64,000 bases of DNA, taken from NCBI GenBank assembly GCA_965223265.1, contig OZ244999.1:5376001-5440000 (forward strand), in the 5' to 3' direction. The position numbers and the translations under genes are program-made. This DNA is from Planctomycetota bacterium (GTDB taxonomy: Bacteria; Planctomycetota; UBA8108; SXIK01). The notes under the pieces are model-generated. The model saw only the letters and a list, made by a program, of their open reading frames with translations, made no database searches and had not been told where the DNA came from. Every line of letters begins with the position of its first letter. Position 1 is the stretch's first letter. This document shows positions 27,443 to 37,884 of this stretch, piece after piece.

Positions 27443-29583
27443 TCCTCTTCGTGATCCTGGTAGCGCCGGAGGCCGTGCGCGATTTCCTCCAGCCGACGAT
27501 CAACAAGGTCGAAGACACTTCCGGGGGTGTAACGCCCGCTTTTCAGCCGGCGACCGGCCGGAACGCCCGTGAGGATCTCAATACCCTGGTCGATCGTGTC
27601 GATCGCGAAGACATGAAACTTCCTCCTCGCGATCGCCTTGACGACATCTTGGCGCAGCACCAGTTCGCGAAGATTCTTGCTGGGAATGATCACTCCCTCG
27701 CGACCGGAAGGCCGAGAGGCGCGCACGCAATCAAAGAAGCCTTCGATCTTCTCATTCGCACCACCAATCGGCTGCATATCACCTTTCTGGTTGAGCGACC
27801 CGGTGACGGCGATGTCTTGACGTACGGGCAAACCCGATAGGCTCGAGAGGATGGCATAAATCTCCGACGCCGAAGCGCTGTCACCGTCGATGCCCGAGTA
27901 CGACTGCTCGAAACAGACGCTCGCCGTCAAGCTGAGCGGCCGGGTTTGCGCGAACAACGAGCGCAAATAGGCGACGAGAATGTGGACGCCCTTGTCGTGG
28001 CTGCGACCACTGAAGCCGACTTCTCGCTCGATGTTGATGATGCCGCTTTGCCCAACCGAAGTCTCGGCGGTGATGCGCGATGGTTTCGCGAACAGGTAGT
28101 CCCCCATGTCATAGATCGCCAGCCCGTTGACCTGGCCGATGCGCTCGCCAGACGTGGTGATCAGAATGGTCCCTTCGCTGATCATTTCGGAGATCTTCGT
28201 CTCGACCAGATTGAGCCGCAAAACCGCTTCGCTGACGGCTCGCTGCACGTCTGCGCCGGTGATGACCCGCCGGTTCTCCACGCGACACCAGTAGTCGGCC
28301 TCGCGCAGGAGGTCTTCGACGACAGCGGTTTCCGCGATCACTTTGCGTTTCCGACCGGCTTTGCGCACCGCGAACTCAAGCACGCGCGCGACGCCGCTCG
28401 CCGACACAGGTCGCAGCCCCCGCCGCTCGCAACTGCGCGACACGAGCGCCGGGTAGTCCTTGCGGATGATCTTCGACGTCAAAGGAACCTCGGAGTCGAA
28501 ATCAACGCGAATCTTAAACACGTCCGGAAAGTCGGGCTCAACCTCGAAGAGATGGTCATAGAGGCCGAAGTCGCCAACGAGAATCACTTTGGTGCGAATC
28601 GGAATCGGTTCGGGGCGCATGCCGCTGCGCGGCCCGGCGCCGTCGCTGTCGTCGATACAGAGGCGCCCGTACTTCAGGCACGTCTTCAGACCGTTCCAAA
28701 CGTTGAGGTGTCCCTGGAAATCGGCCGCGTTGAGGACCAAAACGCCGCCGTCGGCGCTCAAAAGCGAGCCGGCATGAATCTCTGAGAAGTGCGGTACCTG
28801 CCCCGCCTCCCCCATCGACCGGCGCCCAACCCAACCGAAAAGGTTCGACGCCGATGGATTCTGCTCGAAAATGACCGGCGCCTTCTTTCGTGCCGGTTGA
28901 GTGAGGAGGTTGATCTCGAAGTCCTCGATATAGGCGTCGAAAATATGATCGATCAAGTGACGCCGCCAGCCGCGCAGGAAGGACCGAATGGACTTGAGGG
29001 GAAACTCAGCGTCCAGCCCCGCCACGCCTTCACGTAGTACCTTGGCAGCGACGTTCTTGCGGTTCTGCTCTGGCACCTTGTCGAGCGCTCGGTGCAGTCG
29101 AACGAGAAGTGCGTGGACGCCATCAGCGAGCGCCGCACCGCGACCCGCAGGCAGCTCGAGAAGCTTCGGCCGCAGGGGGTCGGCGAAATTGTGCACGTAG
29201 CAGCGGTCGGGGGGCCGCTCCCACTCGAGGCGCTCGCGAGCGATGTGATCGACCAACTCCGCGATCGACTCGGTACTCGAGAGGCCGCAGATGAAAAGAT
29301 TGTAGCCGTGTCCGTGCATCGCCAAGCCAAGACTTAGGGTCTTGAGCGCCTGACGTTGTCCGAGCATGCCGCGGAGCGGGCGCACCTCCTTGGTGTTGCG
29401 GAAGTCGAACAGCTGCGGATCGCAGCTCCACGTCAACTGCTCGACTGGCACGCGCAAGCGGCGCACGCGCTGGGACACCTTCGCTCGCGTTGCGCGCAGC
29501 GGCAACGGACGCCGCGCAGCGGGTGCCGGCGCCGCCGTCTTGTAACTCTTTCCCCTGGACTTCTTCTTTTTCGCTTTGGCCAT
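27439..29583 (-). CDS. Lon-like S16 protease (LonC type)
   Basis: FEQSYSGIDGDSAS catalytic Ser, PIGGANEKIEGF catalytic Lys; Walker A degenerate. Confidence 0.88.
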   Translation of the reverse strand: MAKAKKKKSRGKSYKTAAPAPAARRPLPLRATRAKVSQRVRRLRVPVEQLTWSCDPQLFDFRNTKEVRPLRGMLGQRQALKTLSLGLAMHGHGYNLFICGLSSTESIAELVDHIARERLEWERPPDRCYVHNFADPLRPKLLELPAGRGAALADGVHALLVRLHRALDKVPEQNRKNVAAKVLREGVAGLDAEFPLKSIRSFLRGWRRHLIDHIFDAYIEDFEINLLTQPARKKAPVIFEQNPSASNLFGWVGRRSMGEAGQVPHFSEIHAGSLLSADGGVLVLNAADFQGHLNVWNGLKTCLKYGRLCIDDSDGAGPRSGMRPEPIPIRTKVILVGDFGLYDHLFEVEPDFPDVFKIRVDFDSEVPLTSKIIRKDYPALVSRSCERRGLRPVSASGVARVLEFAVRKAGRKRKVIAETAVVEDLLREADYWCRVENRRVITGADVQRAVSEAVLRLNLVETKISEMISEGTILITTSGERIGQVNGLAIYDMGDYLFAKPSRITAETSVGQSGIINIEREVGFSGRSHDKGVHILVAYLRSLFAQTRPLSLTASVCFEQSYSGIDGDSASASEIYAILSSLSGLPVRQDIAVTGSLNQKGDMQPIGGANEKIEGFFDCVRASRPSGREGVIIPSKNLRELVLRQDVVKAIARRKFHVFAIDTIDQGIEILTGVPAGRRLKSGRYTPGSVFDLVDRRLEEIAHGLRRYQDHEEE

Positions 29584-29867
29584 TGGATCTCGTGGCTGTT
29601 CTGCCGTCCGATCAGCGCCTTCTCGGCGGGCTGGGCGGCTCGTTCGACGCCGCCCCACGGCGACGCGGGGCGAGGCTCAGGATGAGTTATACACCAGGGC
29701 GCCGCCCGAGGAGACCCGGTTGTTTCGAGACAACTGGCTAACAGCAGCGGGAAGAGGCAACGGCTGCCCCCTAACTCCAAAGAGAGCCTCACTCTACCGC
29801 GCGACGGAAACCGCGGAGCGGGGCGACAAATGGAGCTTGTGACAGCCGGAAGGCGGCGTGGAAGAAG

Positions 29868-29897
29868 TTGACTTCGGCCAACGCGCAGTCCTACAAT
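29868..29897 (+). promoter_or_regulatory. Sigma70-like promoter
   Basis: TTGACT-N18-TACAAT upstream of small lipoprotein gene. Confidence 0.5.
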
Positions 29898-30143
29898 GGA
29901 CGTTCCCTGAATGGGAGATTCGGAGTCGTTCCTGACTTTGCCGTCTCCTGACACACCTAGCCTAAAAACTGGCCTGCAACCAAGAGAGCAGCTGTCACCA
30001 CGGCGTCCGTCACACGACCCGAATGACAGTTGAATCACTCAAGTTGATCCGGAATTCCGCCAATGTTCCGGTCCGTCGTCGTCAGGCTGTAGGAATTCGT
30101 AAGATTGAAGCACGCGCTCCGCCAGGAGCGTCGGGAGGATTTC

Positions 30144-30353
30144 ATGCTCAAACGATTGTTGATCGTCGCTGGTCTCGTCGGAATGTTTGTTCCCTTCGGT
30201 GCGGGCTGCAACACCACAGAGCCGGTCATGTGGAGTTGGCCGCATCACAAACGCCGCATCATGACCGTGCTCGATGGGTTCCATCGCTTCCATATGGATG
30301 TCGATCGCATCATCTTCGACATGGAAGAGCACCCGATCGAGTCGGAGTACTAG
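30144..30353 (+). CDS. Small lipoprotein 1 (69 aa)
   Basis: RBS ggagga, signal peptide ending GAGC. Confidence 0.8.
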   Translation: MLKRLLIVAGLVGMFVPFGAGCNTTEPVMWSWPHHKRRIMTVLDGFHRFHMDVDRIIFDMEEHPIESEY

Positions 30354-30499
30354 GCACTCCACGCAGACCGGGCTCTGCCGCTGTCTGAGTGTTTGACGTC
30401 TGCGCCTGACCGCCCACTTCCGAGAATCACCTCCGAACATCACCTCCGAGCACTCCATTACCGGGTATTGGAGCTCAAGAAAGAATTCAGCACACACTG

Positions 30500-30531
30500 A
30501 CGGACGCCTCCGTGGCGTCCGTTTTCTTTTT
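30500..30531 (+). terminator. Rho-independent terminator
   Basis: acggacgcc-tccgt-ggcgtccgt then tttcttttt. Confidence 0.8.
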
Positions 30532-30793
30532 CGGGCGCTCGCACACCTGCCCGGCGTTTTCCCTGCACAGGAAGCCTCGCCCACGCCGAAAGCAATGGTG
30601 GCTCCCCGTTTGTTTTGCACCAGCTGCGAGCGGGCTAGCCACCCGAAATGCTTTCAGCTCGCTGCCAGCCCTCGCACAGCGTCTTCGGAAGTTGTCGAGG
30701 TGAAGCCCGATGCTATTCTTTTTCTGAGTTCAAATCGCTGCTCGATCCGTAGGGGACCTGATCCCCGGCGTCTCAGCGTCCACGGAGGATTGC

Positions 30794-31018
30794 ATGATTT
30801 CGCGTGTTTGCCTTGTCGCCGTCTTGCTCGCCGGTTCATTTCTCGCTGGTTGCGGCTCCTGTCGCTGTGTCGGCCTTGAGCCACCTCGATTCAAGGTGTG
30901 CAACGGCGGCCGCATCGTCGACGAGTTCCGCTGGCTCTACGCCGATATTCAAGACACGATCTTCGGCGTCGACTACAACTACGACATGGATCACGAGTTC
31001 GACACCGATCCTTATTGA
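30794..31018 (+). CDS. Small lipoprotein 2 (74 aa)
   Basis: RBS ggagga, LAGC lipobox, C-terminal helix similar to lipoprotein 1. Confidence 0.8.
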   Translation: MISRVCLVAVLLAGSFLAGCGSCRCVGLEPPRFKVCNGGRIVDEFRWLYADIQDTIFGVDYNYDMDHEFDTDPY

Positions 31019-31284
31019 TCGCAGCGTACGGTAACGCCCGGATCTGCGGCTACCGCGGGTTCCGGGCGCGCCAAGGCGGCACTCTTCGTTGTCAGAACGC
31101 TGCCTCTCCGCGCGACTCGTGTGCGGCGTAGCCGCTTCTCGTCCCCCACAGGACCATCGTGCGCCAATTCGCCTGCGTCGGCCGATGGTCTCACCGTGCT
31201 GCAAAGACTCCTCCAGACCTTCTCTGATCGGTCTGCGGATTCTTGCTGCTCAACACAGGAGTGCGTGGGCAGAGCTTCGCCCCC

Positions 31285-32211
31285 TCACGCTCCGCGACCA
31301 AGTCGCCGCAACACGTCGTCGGCCCATTGCCCGGGATCGGCAGCACCGGATGCGATCCACTCGATCGGCATCTTGCGAAACCAAGTGAGCTGTCGTTTGG
31401 CGAAACGACGTGTGCTCTGCTGTACACGCGCGATAATCTCTGCTTCAGTCTCCCCCGCTTCCCAGCCGGCAATCACCTCCTTGTAGCCGATGACTTGAAG
31501 CGCGCTGCGCGAAAGCGGCGAACGTCGCCCGCGCGCCCGGCGAATCTCGTCGAAGAGTCCGGCGTCCACCATGCACTCGACGCGCCGGTTGATGCGTTCG
31601 TAGAGCGTCTCTCGGTCCCATTGGATTCCGAAGATCCTCGCCGGACGTCGCCGCTCCCCGGGTCGATCACCCCACTCGCGGCGCGCACTCGGCAGCTCGC
31701 CCGTCTGTTTGTGGATTTCGAGGGCGCGCACGAGACGGCGCAGATCGGTGGCGTGGATTCTCTCGGCGGAAGCTCGGTCGATCGCAGCTAAACGGACGTG
31801 TAGCGATTCACTGCCCTGAGCTGCAGCCTCGCGCATCAGCTGCCGGCGAAAACCCCAATCAGCCGCAGGTCCGTCGCGAAATCCGTCGAGAAACGACTTC
31901 AGATAGAGCGCCGTGCCGCCACAGAGGATCGCCGGCGTCGACCTCGTCTCGAGCTCGTCGAGGACTGCCTCAAGTCGGCACAAATACTCGCCGGTGCTAA
32001 AATCCGTATCTGGCGACACGAAGTCGATGAGGTGATAACGCACAGCCTGCCGATGAAGCGGCGACGGCTTGGCGGTGCCGATGTCCAGCTCGCGGTACAC
32101 CTTCATCGAATCGAGCGACACGATCTCAGCACCGAGGCGCCCGGCGAGCTCGAACGCCAGCGACTCCTTGCCACTGGCGGTCGGCCCCGTGATGACCAAG
32201 ATCGGATCCAT
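31285..32211 (-). CDS. miaA: tRNA dimethylallyltransferase
   Basis: GPTASGK, DSMKVYR.LDIGTAKP, GGTALY, FAKRQLTW. Confidence 0.95.
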   Translation of the reverse strand: MDPILVITGPTASGKESLAFELAGRLGAEIVSLDSMKVYRELDIGTAKPSPLHRQAVRYHLIDFVSPDTDFSTGEYLCRLEAVLDELETRSTPAILCGGTALYLKSFLDGFRDGPAADWGFRRQLMREAAAQGSESLHVRLAAIDRASAERIHATDLRRLVRALEIHKQTGELPSARREWGDRPGERRRPARIFGIQWDRETLYERINRRVECMVDAGLFDEIRRARGRRSPLSRSALQVIGYKEVIAGWEAGETEAEIIARVQQSTRRFAKRQLTWFRKMPIEWIASGAADPGQWADDVLRRLGRGA

Positions 32212-32397
32212 CGCTGAGTTCGTCCTCGAAAAACTATGACGCGCCGCCGTCAGCATTATATTGCCGCCGGGGAGCCGTAGAACAGGGTGCACGCGGCCGC
32301 AAGGGACTCCGATGCGGTGACGCCCAAGTGCCGACAGAGCCGCGACACACGTGTTCGGGGATCCGCGGCTGGATTGAGGTGGGCCGGGCGGAGACTG

Positions 32398-32431
32398 CGT
32401 TTGCGTGGGCGTGGGCGTGGGCGTGGGCGTG
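32398..32431. repeat. (CGTGGG)n short tandem repeat
   Basis: cgtttg-cgtggg x4-cgtg in intergenic region. Confidence 0.7.
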
Positions 32432-32586
32432 CTAAAGTAGCAGGCACACTCCTGTACCCTTCTGAAGATCCTGCTCGACGGATAAGTTGAGTGCGAGGGG
32501 GTGGACGTGTGGTGTGGACGGTCCACCCGGGGCGACCTGAGAAGCGACGACGTCACGACGCCTCTCAAGACGCTTGATCGTCTGCT

Positions 32587-32763
32587 AGCCTGTTGAAAAA
32601 GTGCTTCGAGCCGAAAACTGGTCTCTTCGCGTCCGGATCGGCTGCGGCAAACGGAGGCAATCTTCGGGCCCTCTTTTTTCGATTCTGATGGCGAGTATTG
32701 ACGCGGTCGAGCTGGGCGTGAAGAGGCCAGTTTCTTCGGCCGAATGACTTTTTCAACGGGCTG
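32587..32763. mobile_element. MITE family A copy, inverted relative to 13882
   Basis: agcctgttgaaaaa...tttttcaacgggctg; near-identical reverse complement of 13882-14060. Confidence 0.9.
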
Positions 32764-32848
32764 CTAACGCTTCTTTGTGGCTGACTCGCTGAGCCTGCAG
32801 ACAATGCGCCCGCTGTCTGCGCGGCGGGCGCAATCATCTAACTTCTAT

Positions 32849-35185
32849 CTATGAACCTTCGTCGGCGCTGTCCCCAGGCGATGATGCATGGCCCGTGTCG
32901 GCGCTTTCATCGCGGCTGGCGTGCAGTCCACCAGACTCAGCGACTGAGACTCCGTCGCCACGAACGTGCAGGGTGTGGCGCGCGGGATCGAGTCGGATCG
33001 AGAGCACGAAAGACTCTTCGACGCCGTCGCCAAAGTTCGGTTGGGAAACGAAGATCTGCCGCAGATCAGGACTGAGCTCGCGCAGGACCTCGAGAGTCCC
33101 TGCGGCTCTCTGGTCATCCATCATCTTGAACGGCTCGTCGAGGAATACAAACTGCGCCTGATGGAGGCGTGAGGCGACAAAAGCTTGCGAGAGCGCCAGG
33201 CGCATCGCTAAGCGAAGCGCCTCTTGCGTCCCGCCGCTCAGCTCGCCAAGCGCGAGAAAATCGCTCTTCGTGCTCGAGAACACCCGCACGGTGAGCTCGT
33301 CATCAACTTTGACGTCGCGATATTGGCCCGCTGTGACGCGCGGCAAGACCACTTTCAGAAGTGCTGTCAACGCAGGCGCCACCTTCGCCCGAATGGCCGC
33401 GATTGTCTCGTCGACAAGACGCGTCGCCGCGAGGCGCGTGTCCATGCGACGCTGTACGCGAGCCGCCTCGAGTTCGACTTCCATGGTCTCGTCGAGCAAC
33501 TTTGCAGCACGCTGCTCTTGCGACTCACATTCGCGAATCTCGCTCAGGAGGCGGTCGTGATCACCGCGCTTCCTTCTCCCAGTCTTCTCCGTAGCATCGA
33601 GCTCCTTCGGTAGTCTTTGCGAGCGCTCCACAAGACGCCCACGTAGGGTGCGGTCGTTCTGAGCCAAGTCGCTGAGCTCGCGCGCGAGATCGTCACCACT
33701 CGAACTCTCCGTACCAGCGCTTCCGGCGTCGATCGCAGCCCGGGCAAGACTCGCCACTGACTCGCCATCCGTCTCCGCGAGTTGGGCGAGCTGCGCGTTA
33801 ACGCCGGCGACCTTAACGTCTTGCACCGCGTCGGCGAGCGACGATTGCAGTTGACGCAAGCGATCGAAATCGCGACGACACTCCTCCAGCGCAGACCGCA
33901 GCATCGCAATCGCCTGGCGTGCTCTGCTCCATGACAAGCACGAGCAGATCAGCCCGATCAAAGAGCCGACCGCGACAACACCACCTCCCCAGCGAAGAAT
34001 TGGCAGCACATCAGCAGGTAGGTTGGTCGGAGGCTTTACGCCAAGAAAGACGGCGACTGCACCAATGGTCAGAAACACAACCGCGGCCATAGAACACCTC
34101 GCCCACCGTCGCCGGCGTGCCAGCGCGCTTTGCCGTTCAGTCTCGATCTGACTCAATCGGGCCTGAGGACCTACCTCAGCGCCAGGGTCGAGCCCCTGCC
34201 CTAGCTCGGCGACGCGTGCAGCCACCGCGGCACGGACGTCGCGCCATGCTTCGAGTCGCTGACGGAGCGGACTGAGCCCATCGTACGAGCGATCGAACTC
34301 TTTCTTCCAAGACTCAGCGACCTCGGCACGTGTCCGCCTTGCTTCGTCCTCTTCACGCACGAGACGATTCACAATCTCGAGAGCGGCCTCGGCAGGTTTC
34401 GAAGCGAGCTTCTTTAGTTCTGCCGCGCGTCCTTCCAAACGTTTGGATTCCTTCTTGAGGGCCGCCAGCTCGCCCTTCTGCGCGGAAATCTGCTTTTCAG
34501 CTTCTTCTAGTGCATGGGCACACTCGTCACGTTTCGTGCGCAACTCGGTAAGTTTGGCAGCACCACGCTGAAGTCGAACGATCTGGTTCCGATTGAGCGA
34601 TAGCACCTTTTGCACTGAGGCGTGGTCGTGCTCGATCTCCTCATACCCCTCCATCAACCTCGCCTTCACCAGCCGCAGATCCGAAATGCCGCTAGCCTGT
34701 TCCAGAAAGTCGAGGCGCCCAGACCGACCGGCGCGCAGCTCATGCTGCGAGTGATAGAAAGAGTCTTGAAACTCCTCATAATCAAACCGGAGGCACTCGG
34801 CGACGAACTGCTGTACTTTCAAATTCCCAGTTGCCACGTCTTTGCGCGCCGGCAACTCGACGATGCGCACATAATTCGTCCCGCCCCGATCGATCTCGCG
34901 GTAGAGCATAAACTCGCGCGTCGAGCCACCACCATCGCACGGAGCCACAGCAAATCGCAGTTCGACGCTCAACGACTCGGCCCCCCAGCGAATCGCACGG
35001 CCGACAGGCTCATTCGGTCGATCGCTCAGATGGCCGAACAACGCGAAGACAACGAGTTCTCCGAGAGTGCTTTTACCGCTCTCATTGGCACCCTCGAGAC
35101 CGATGACACCACGTTCCGGCAAGTCTTCGACGAGAACTTGCTCGAAGCGCATGAAGTTTTCGGCTCGGATCGAACGAATGAGCAT
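32849..35185 (-). CDS. SMC/Rad50-like ATPase with central transmembrane hairpin (YhaN-like)
   Basis: Walker A GANESGKST, LSGG signature, FLDEP Walker B, coiled coils flanking two hydrophobic helices. Confidence 0.85.
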   Translation of the reverse strand: MLIRSIRAENFMRFEQVLVEDLPERGVIGLEGANESGKSTLGELVVFALFGHLSDRPNEPVGRAIRWGAESLSVELRFAVAPCDGGGSTREFMLYREIDRGGTNYVRIVELPARKDVATGNLKVQQFVAECLRFDYEEFQDSFYHSQHELRAGRSGRLDFLEQASGISDLRLVKARLMEGYEEIEHDHASVQKVLSLNRNQIVRLQRGAAKLTELRTKRDECAHALEEAEKQISAQKGELAALKKESKRLEGRAAELKKLASKPAEAALEIVNRLVREEDEARRTRAEVAESWKKEFDRSYDGLSPLRQRLEAWRDVRAAVAARVAELGQGLDPGAEVGPQARLSQIETERQSALARRRRWARCSMAAVVFLTIGAVAVFLGVKPPTNLPADVLPILRWGGGVVAVGSLIGLICSCLSWSRARQAIAMLRSALEECRRDFDRLRQLQSSLADAVQDVKVAGVNAQLAQLAETDGESVASLARAAIDAGSAGTESSSGDDLARELSDLAQNDRTLRGRLVERSQRLPKELDATEKTGRRKRGDHDRLLSEIRECESQEQRAAKLLDETMEVELEAARVQRRMDTRLAATRLVDETIAAIRAKVAPALTALLKVVLPRVTAGQYRDVKVDDELTVRVFSSTKSDFLALGELSGGTQEALRLAMRLALSQAFVASRLHQAQFVFLDEPFKMMDDQRAAGTLEVLRELSPDLRQIFVSQPNFGDGVEESFVLSIRLDPARHTLHVRGDGVSVAESGGLHASRDESADTGHASSPGDSADEGS

Positions 35186-35194
35186 CGAAAAGAG

Positions 35195-35500
35195 TCAGGC
35201 TGGAGTGTCGTGGTCGTGGTTGGGATCTGATGGCGATGGCGTCTCGTGCGCCGGATCTTCCGCTGATGAAGTCGCCGTCGACGAAGCCGCCGTAGACGAG
35301 CGAATCGCTTCGAGTTGCTGCCGCACGAGCTCAAATGCGTCGTCGAGAAGTTCCGAGTTCCGCGACTCAGCTAGATTCTCGTACGTCGCACGCCGTCTCG
35401 CATACGTCTGCTCCAACTCTTCGAGCGGATCACGCAGGTCAATCTGTGAAAGCAAAAAGGAGGGGCTCTCCCTCCTCGAGTTGTCTTCGGTATCTGTCAT
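35195..35500 (-). CDS. Hypothetical small helical protein
   Basis: 101 aa ORF 9 bp upstream of the SMC-like gene, same strand. Confidence 0.6.
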   Translation of the reverse strand: MTDTEDNSRRESPSFLLSQIDLRDPLEELEQTYARRRATYENLAESRNSELLDDAFELVRQQLEAIRSSTAASSTATSSAEDPAHETPSPSDPNHDHDTPA

Positions 35501-35716
35501 GGCGAGTTCAAGCTGTAGTTATCTGCAACGTGCGAGGCATAGGACGCAGGGCCGGGGGAACGAGAGCAGGCACCTTGTCGATGAGCGAGCGACGACCGGA
35601 ATTCGCCGATAAGCGACACACTACCGCTGCCAGATGAGTTCCTGCTCAAGTGCACTTAGCTGCTGCTGATTAGGTCAAAAGATAGACTACCTCGTTTCGA
35701 TCACCGAGATCCAGAT

Positions 35717-37051
35717 TCAGTCGGGAGCCAAGGCCATCTTGGTGCTTCTCAATGCGACATCCAGGCGCATGAGTTCCTCGAGCACTTCGTCGACCGATTG
35801 GAACCGGTTCGCCGGGTTCTTCTGCATCATACGTTCCACGAGCGCCTCCACTTCCGGAGGCACCTCTGGGCGAAGGTCCCGCATCGGCACCTTCCTACCG
35901 TCGAGAGCCTTGATCATGACTTCAATCGGACTTCGCCCATCAAACGGGACCCGTGACGTAATCATGCGGTACATCGTCACGCCAAGGCTATAGATGTCAG
36001 AACGAGCGTCGACCTTGCTGAAGTCCTTCGCCTGCTCCGGTGCCATGTAATACGGCGTGCCGAGGATCGACCCCGCATGCGTGATTCCGGCGGACTGCTC
36101 CGACATCCTCTTTGCGAGGCCTAGATCCGCGAGCTTTACGATTCCGTCCCGTGAGATCATGATGTTCTCGGGCTTGATATCGCGATGAATGATCCCTCGT
36201 CCGTGTGCGTGTCGAAGAGCGTGGCAAGACTGAATCATGATGTCGATCGTCTCGCCAACCTCAAAGCACTTACGCTCTTGGAGTATGTCCTTGAGGTTGC
36301 GTCCGTCGACGAACTCCATGACAAAATAGAACACGCCCTGCTGCTCGCCGACGTCATTGATGTGAACGATTCCACCGTGGCTCAGCTGCCCGGCAGCACG
36401 CGCCTCCAGAAAGAATCTTTTGACGAAGCTCTTGTCTTTCGCGAGCTCTTCTGCAAGCACCTTGACGGCCACCGTGCGCCCCAAATTGAGCTGCACGGCC
36501 TTATATACGGTTCCCATTCCACCGTTGGCGATTTTGGAGTCGATCTGGCAGCCGCCGAGGACGCGCCCGACGAACCGATCGCTCTCCTCGCCCTCCTGTG
36601 GCTCGCGCCGCCGTGGGGAGACCTCTTCCTTCGCCTCGGGAGGATTGCCACCCCGCGCTGCGGCGGCCGCGCGCTGCTGGAGTCGAGCTGAAGCCTCGGG
36701 GTCGACGAGAGTCAACGCGCTGCCGCATTCTGGACAATTGTCGCTGCTGCCGGGCGAGTACGCCGCTGGTCGAGACGTCGTGGCGCACGTTTCACACAAG
36801 AGCGTTAGAACGCCCAGTTCGGAGAGAGCCGCACGTAGGCCGGATTCATCGATCGATCCCGCCTCAATGAGCTGGCGGCCGAGCGCCAGCACCGACATTC
36901 CGCCTTTCGAATTTCGTCGATGTCTCGCTAGCGCTTCGTTAAACGCCAGGAGCGAGCACTTCTTACGCCGCAGCAAGACCTGACCGAGACGGGTCTCCAA
37001 CGAATTCGCGGATTTCGACATGCAGCGGCTCGTTTCTCTGCTCGTTGCCAT
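35717..37051 (-). CDS. Hanks-type Ser/Thr protein kinase with N-terminal Zn-ribbon-like region
   Basis: GGMGTVY, VAVK, HRDIKPEN, DLG, GTPYYMAPEQ; CxxC...CxxC upstream. Confidence 0.93.
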   Translation of the reverse strand: MATSRETSRCMSKSANSLETRLGQVLLRRKKCSLLAFNEALARHRRNSKGGMSVLALGRQLIEAGSIDESGLRAALSELGVLTLLCETCATTSRPAAYSPGSSDNCPECGSALTLVDPEASARLQQRAAAAARGGNPPEAKEEVSPRRREPQEGEESDRFVGRVLGGCQIDSKIANGGMGTVYKAVQLNLGRTVAVKVLAEELAKDKSFVKRFFLEARAAGQLSHGGIVHINDVGEQQGVFYFVMEFVDGRNLKDILQERKCFEVGETIDIMIQSCHALRHAHGRGIIHRDIKPENIMISRDGIVKLADLGLAKRMSEQSAGITHAGSILGTPYYMAPEQAKDFSKVDARSDIYSLGVTMYRMITSRVPFDGRSPIEVMIKALDGRKVPMRDLRPEVPPEVEALVERMMQKNPANRFQSVDEVLEELMRLDVALRSTKMALAPD

Positions 37052-37301
37052 CCAAGGCGAAGGGTTCAGAAACTCTCAGCTCTCCACACCGAGCGACTAC
37101 GACGATCGTGGCAGCTCAGAGAAGTCCGCTCAGCCCTCGCAAGCCGGACACGGCATCGCAGGGCTCGTCGAGCGTCACCACTCGTCCAGGGTGGACCGTG
37201 ATCATTCGCAACGGGATGGAGGCTGGTTCTCAGGCCTGCTTCCGCTGACCAGACGCGCGGCTTCCCACGCGGCGGTCGCGAGAGTCATCGACCTTTTCCA
37301 T

Positions 37302-37829
37302 TTATCCCCCGTGCGGGGCAGGAAACTTTAGATTCGCGAGACGGGAAGCCCATAGATCTTCGCGCCCCGAAAACGTCAGCGTCCGCCCCGTGGACGTCGG
37401 CATGTCGTTTCCGCCACTTCCCGTAAAACCGAAATCGACCCACAAACTCGTCGGAGGGAACACATCCGCGACGCGATCCGCCCACTCGACGACGACAATC
37501 GCACGGCCATCCTGGACTCTCTCGTCAAAGCCAAGGTCCAGAAACTCACCGGATGAACCCAAGCGATACGCATCGTAGTGATGCAGCGGGATGGTCGACG
37601 AGTAAATATGCTCGAGAACGTATGTTGGGCTGGCGACCGAAATCTCTGACGAAGTTCCGATACCTTCGACCAACCAACGCGTGAACGTCGTTTTGCCGCT
37701 TCCCAGGTCACCCGTCAGCCCCAAGACATCCCCGGCACGAAGACATACCGCGAGCGCCTGCGCCAGACACCGCGTGTCGTCTACGGACGCCACGTCGAAC
37801 ACTCGAAGCCGTGGTGGATTGTCTGCCAT
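37302..37829 (-). CDS. tsaE: tRNA threonylcarbamoyladenosine biosynthesis ATPase
   Basis: GDLGSGKTT, SPTY, HYDAYRL, VEW. Confidence 0.93.
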   Translation of the reverse strand: MADNPPRLRVFDVASVDDTRCLAQALAVCLRAGDVLGLTGDLGSGKTTFTRWLVEGIGTSSEISVASPTYVLEHIYSSTIPLHHYDAYRLGSSGEFLDLGFDERVQDGRAIVVVEWADRVADVFPPTSLWVDFGFTGSGGNDMPTSTGRTLTFSGREDLWASRLANLKFPAPHGG

Positions 37830-37884
37830 ATCCTCTAGAAGCATCAGCCGGACACAGGGAACCGCGTGTCGGATTCGGCTTCGA

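Noticed and set aside
29900-30143. Known riboswitch in the long leader
   Set aside because: No consensus of a family I recognise; an Rfam scan would be needed
32849-35185. Wadjet or Lamassu defence system
   Set aside because: No JetA/B/D-like or nuclease effector genes adjacent; central TM hairpin fits YhaN-like proteins better
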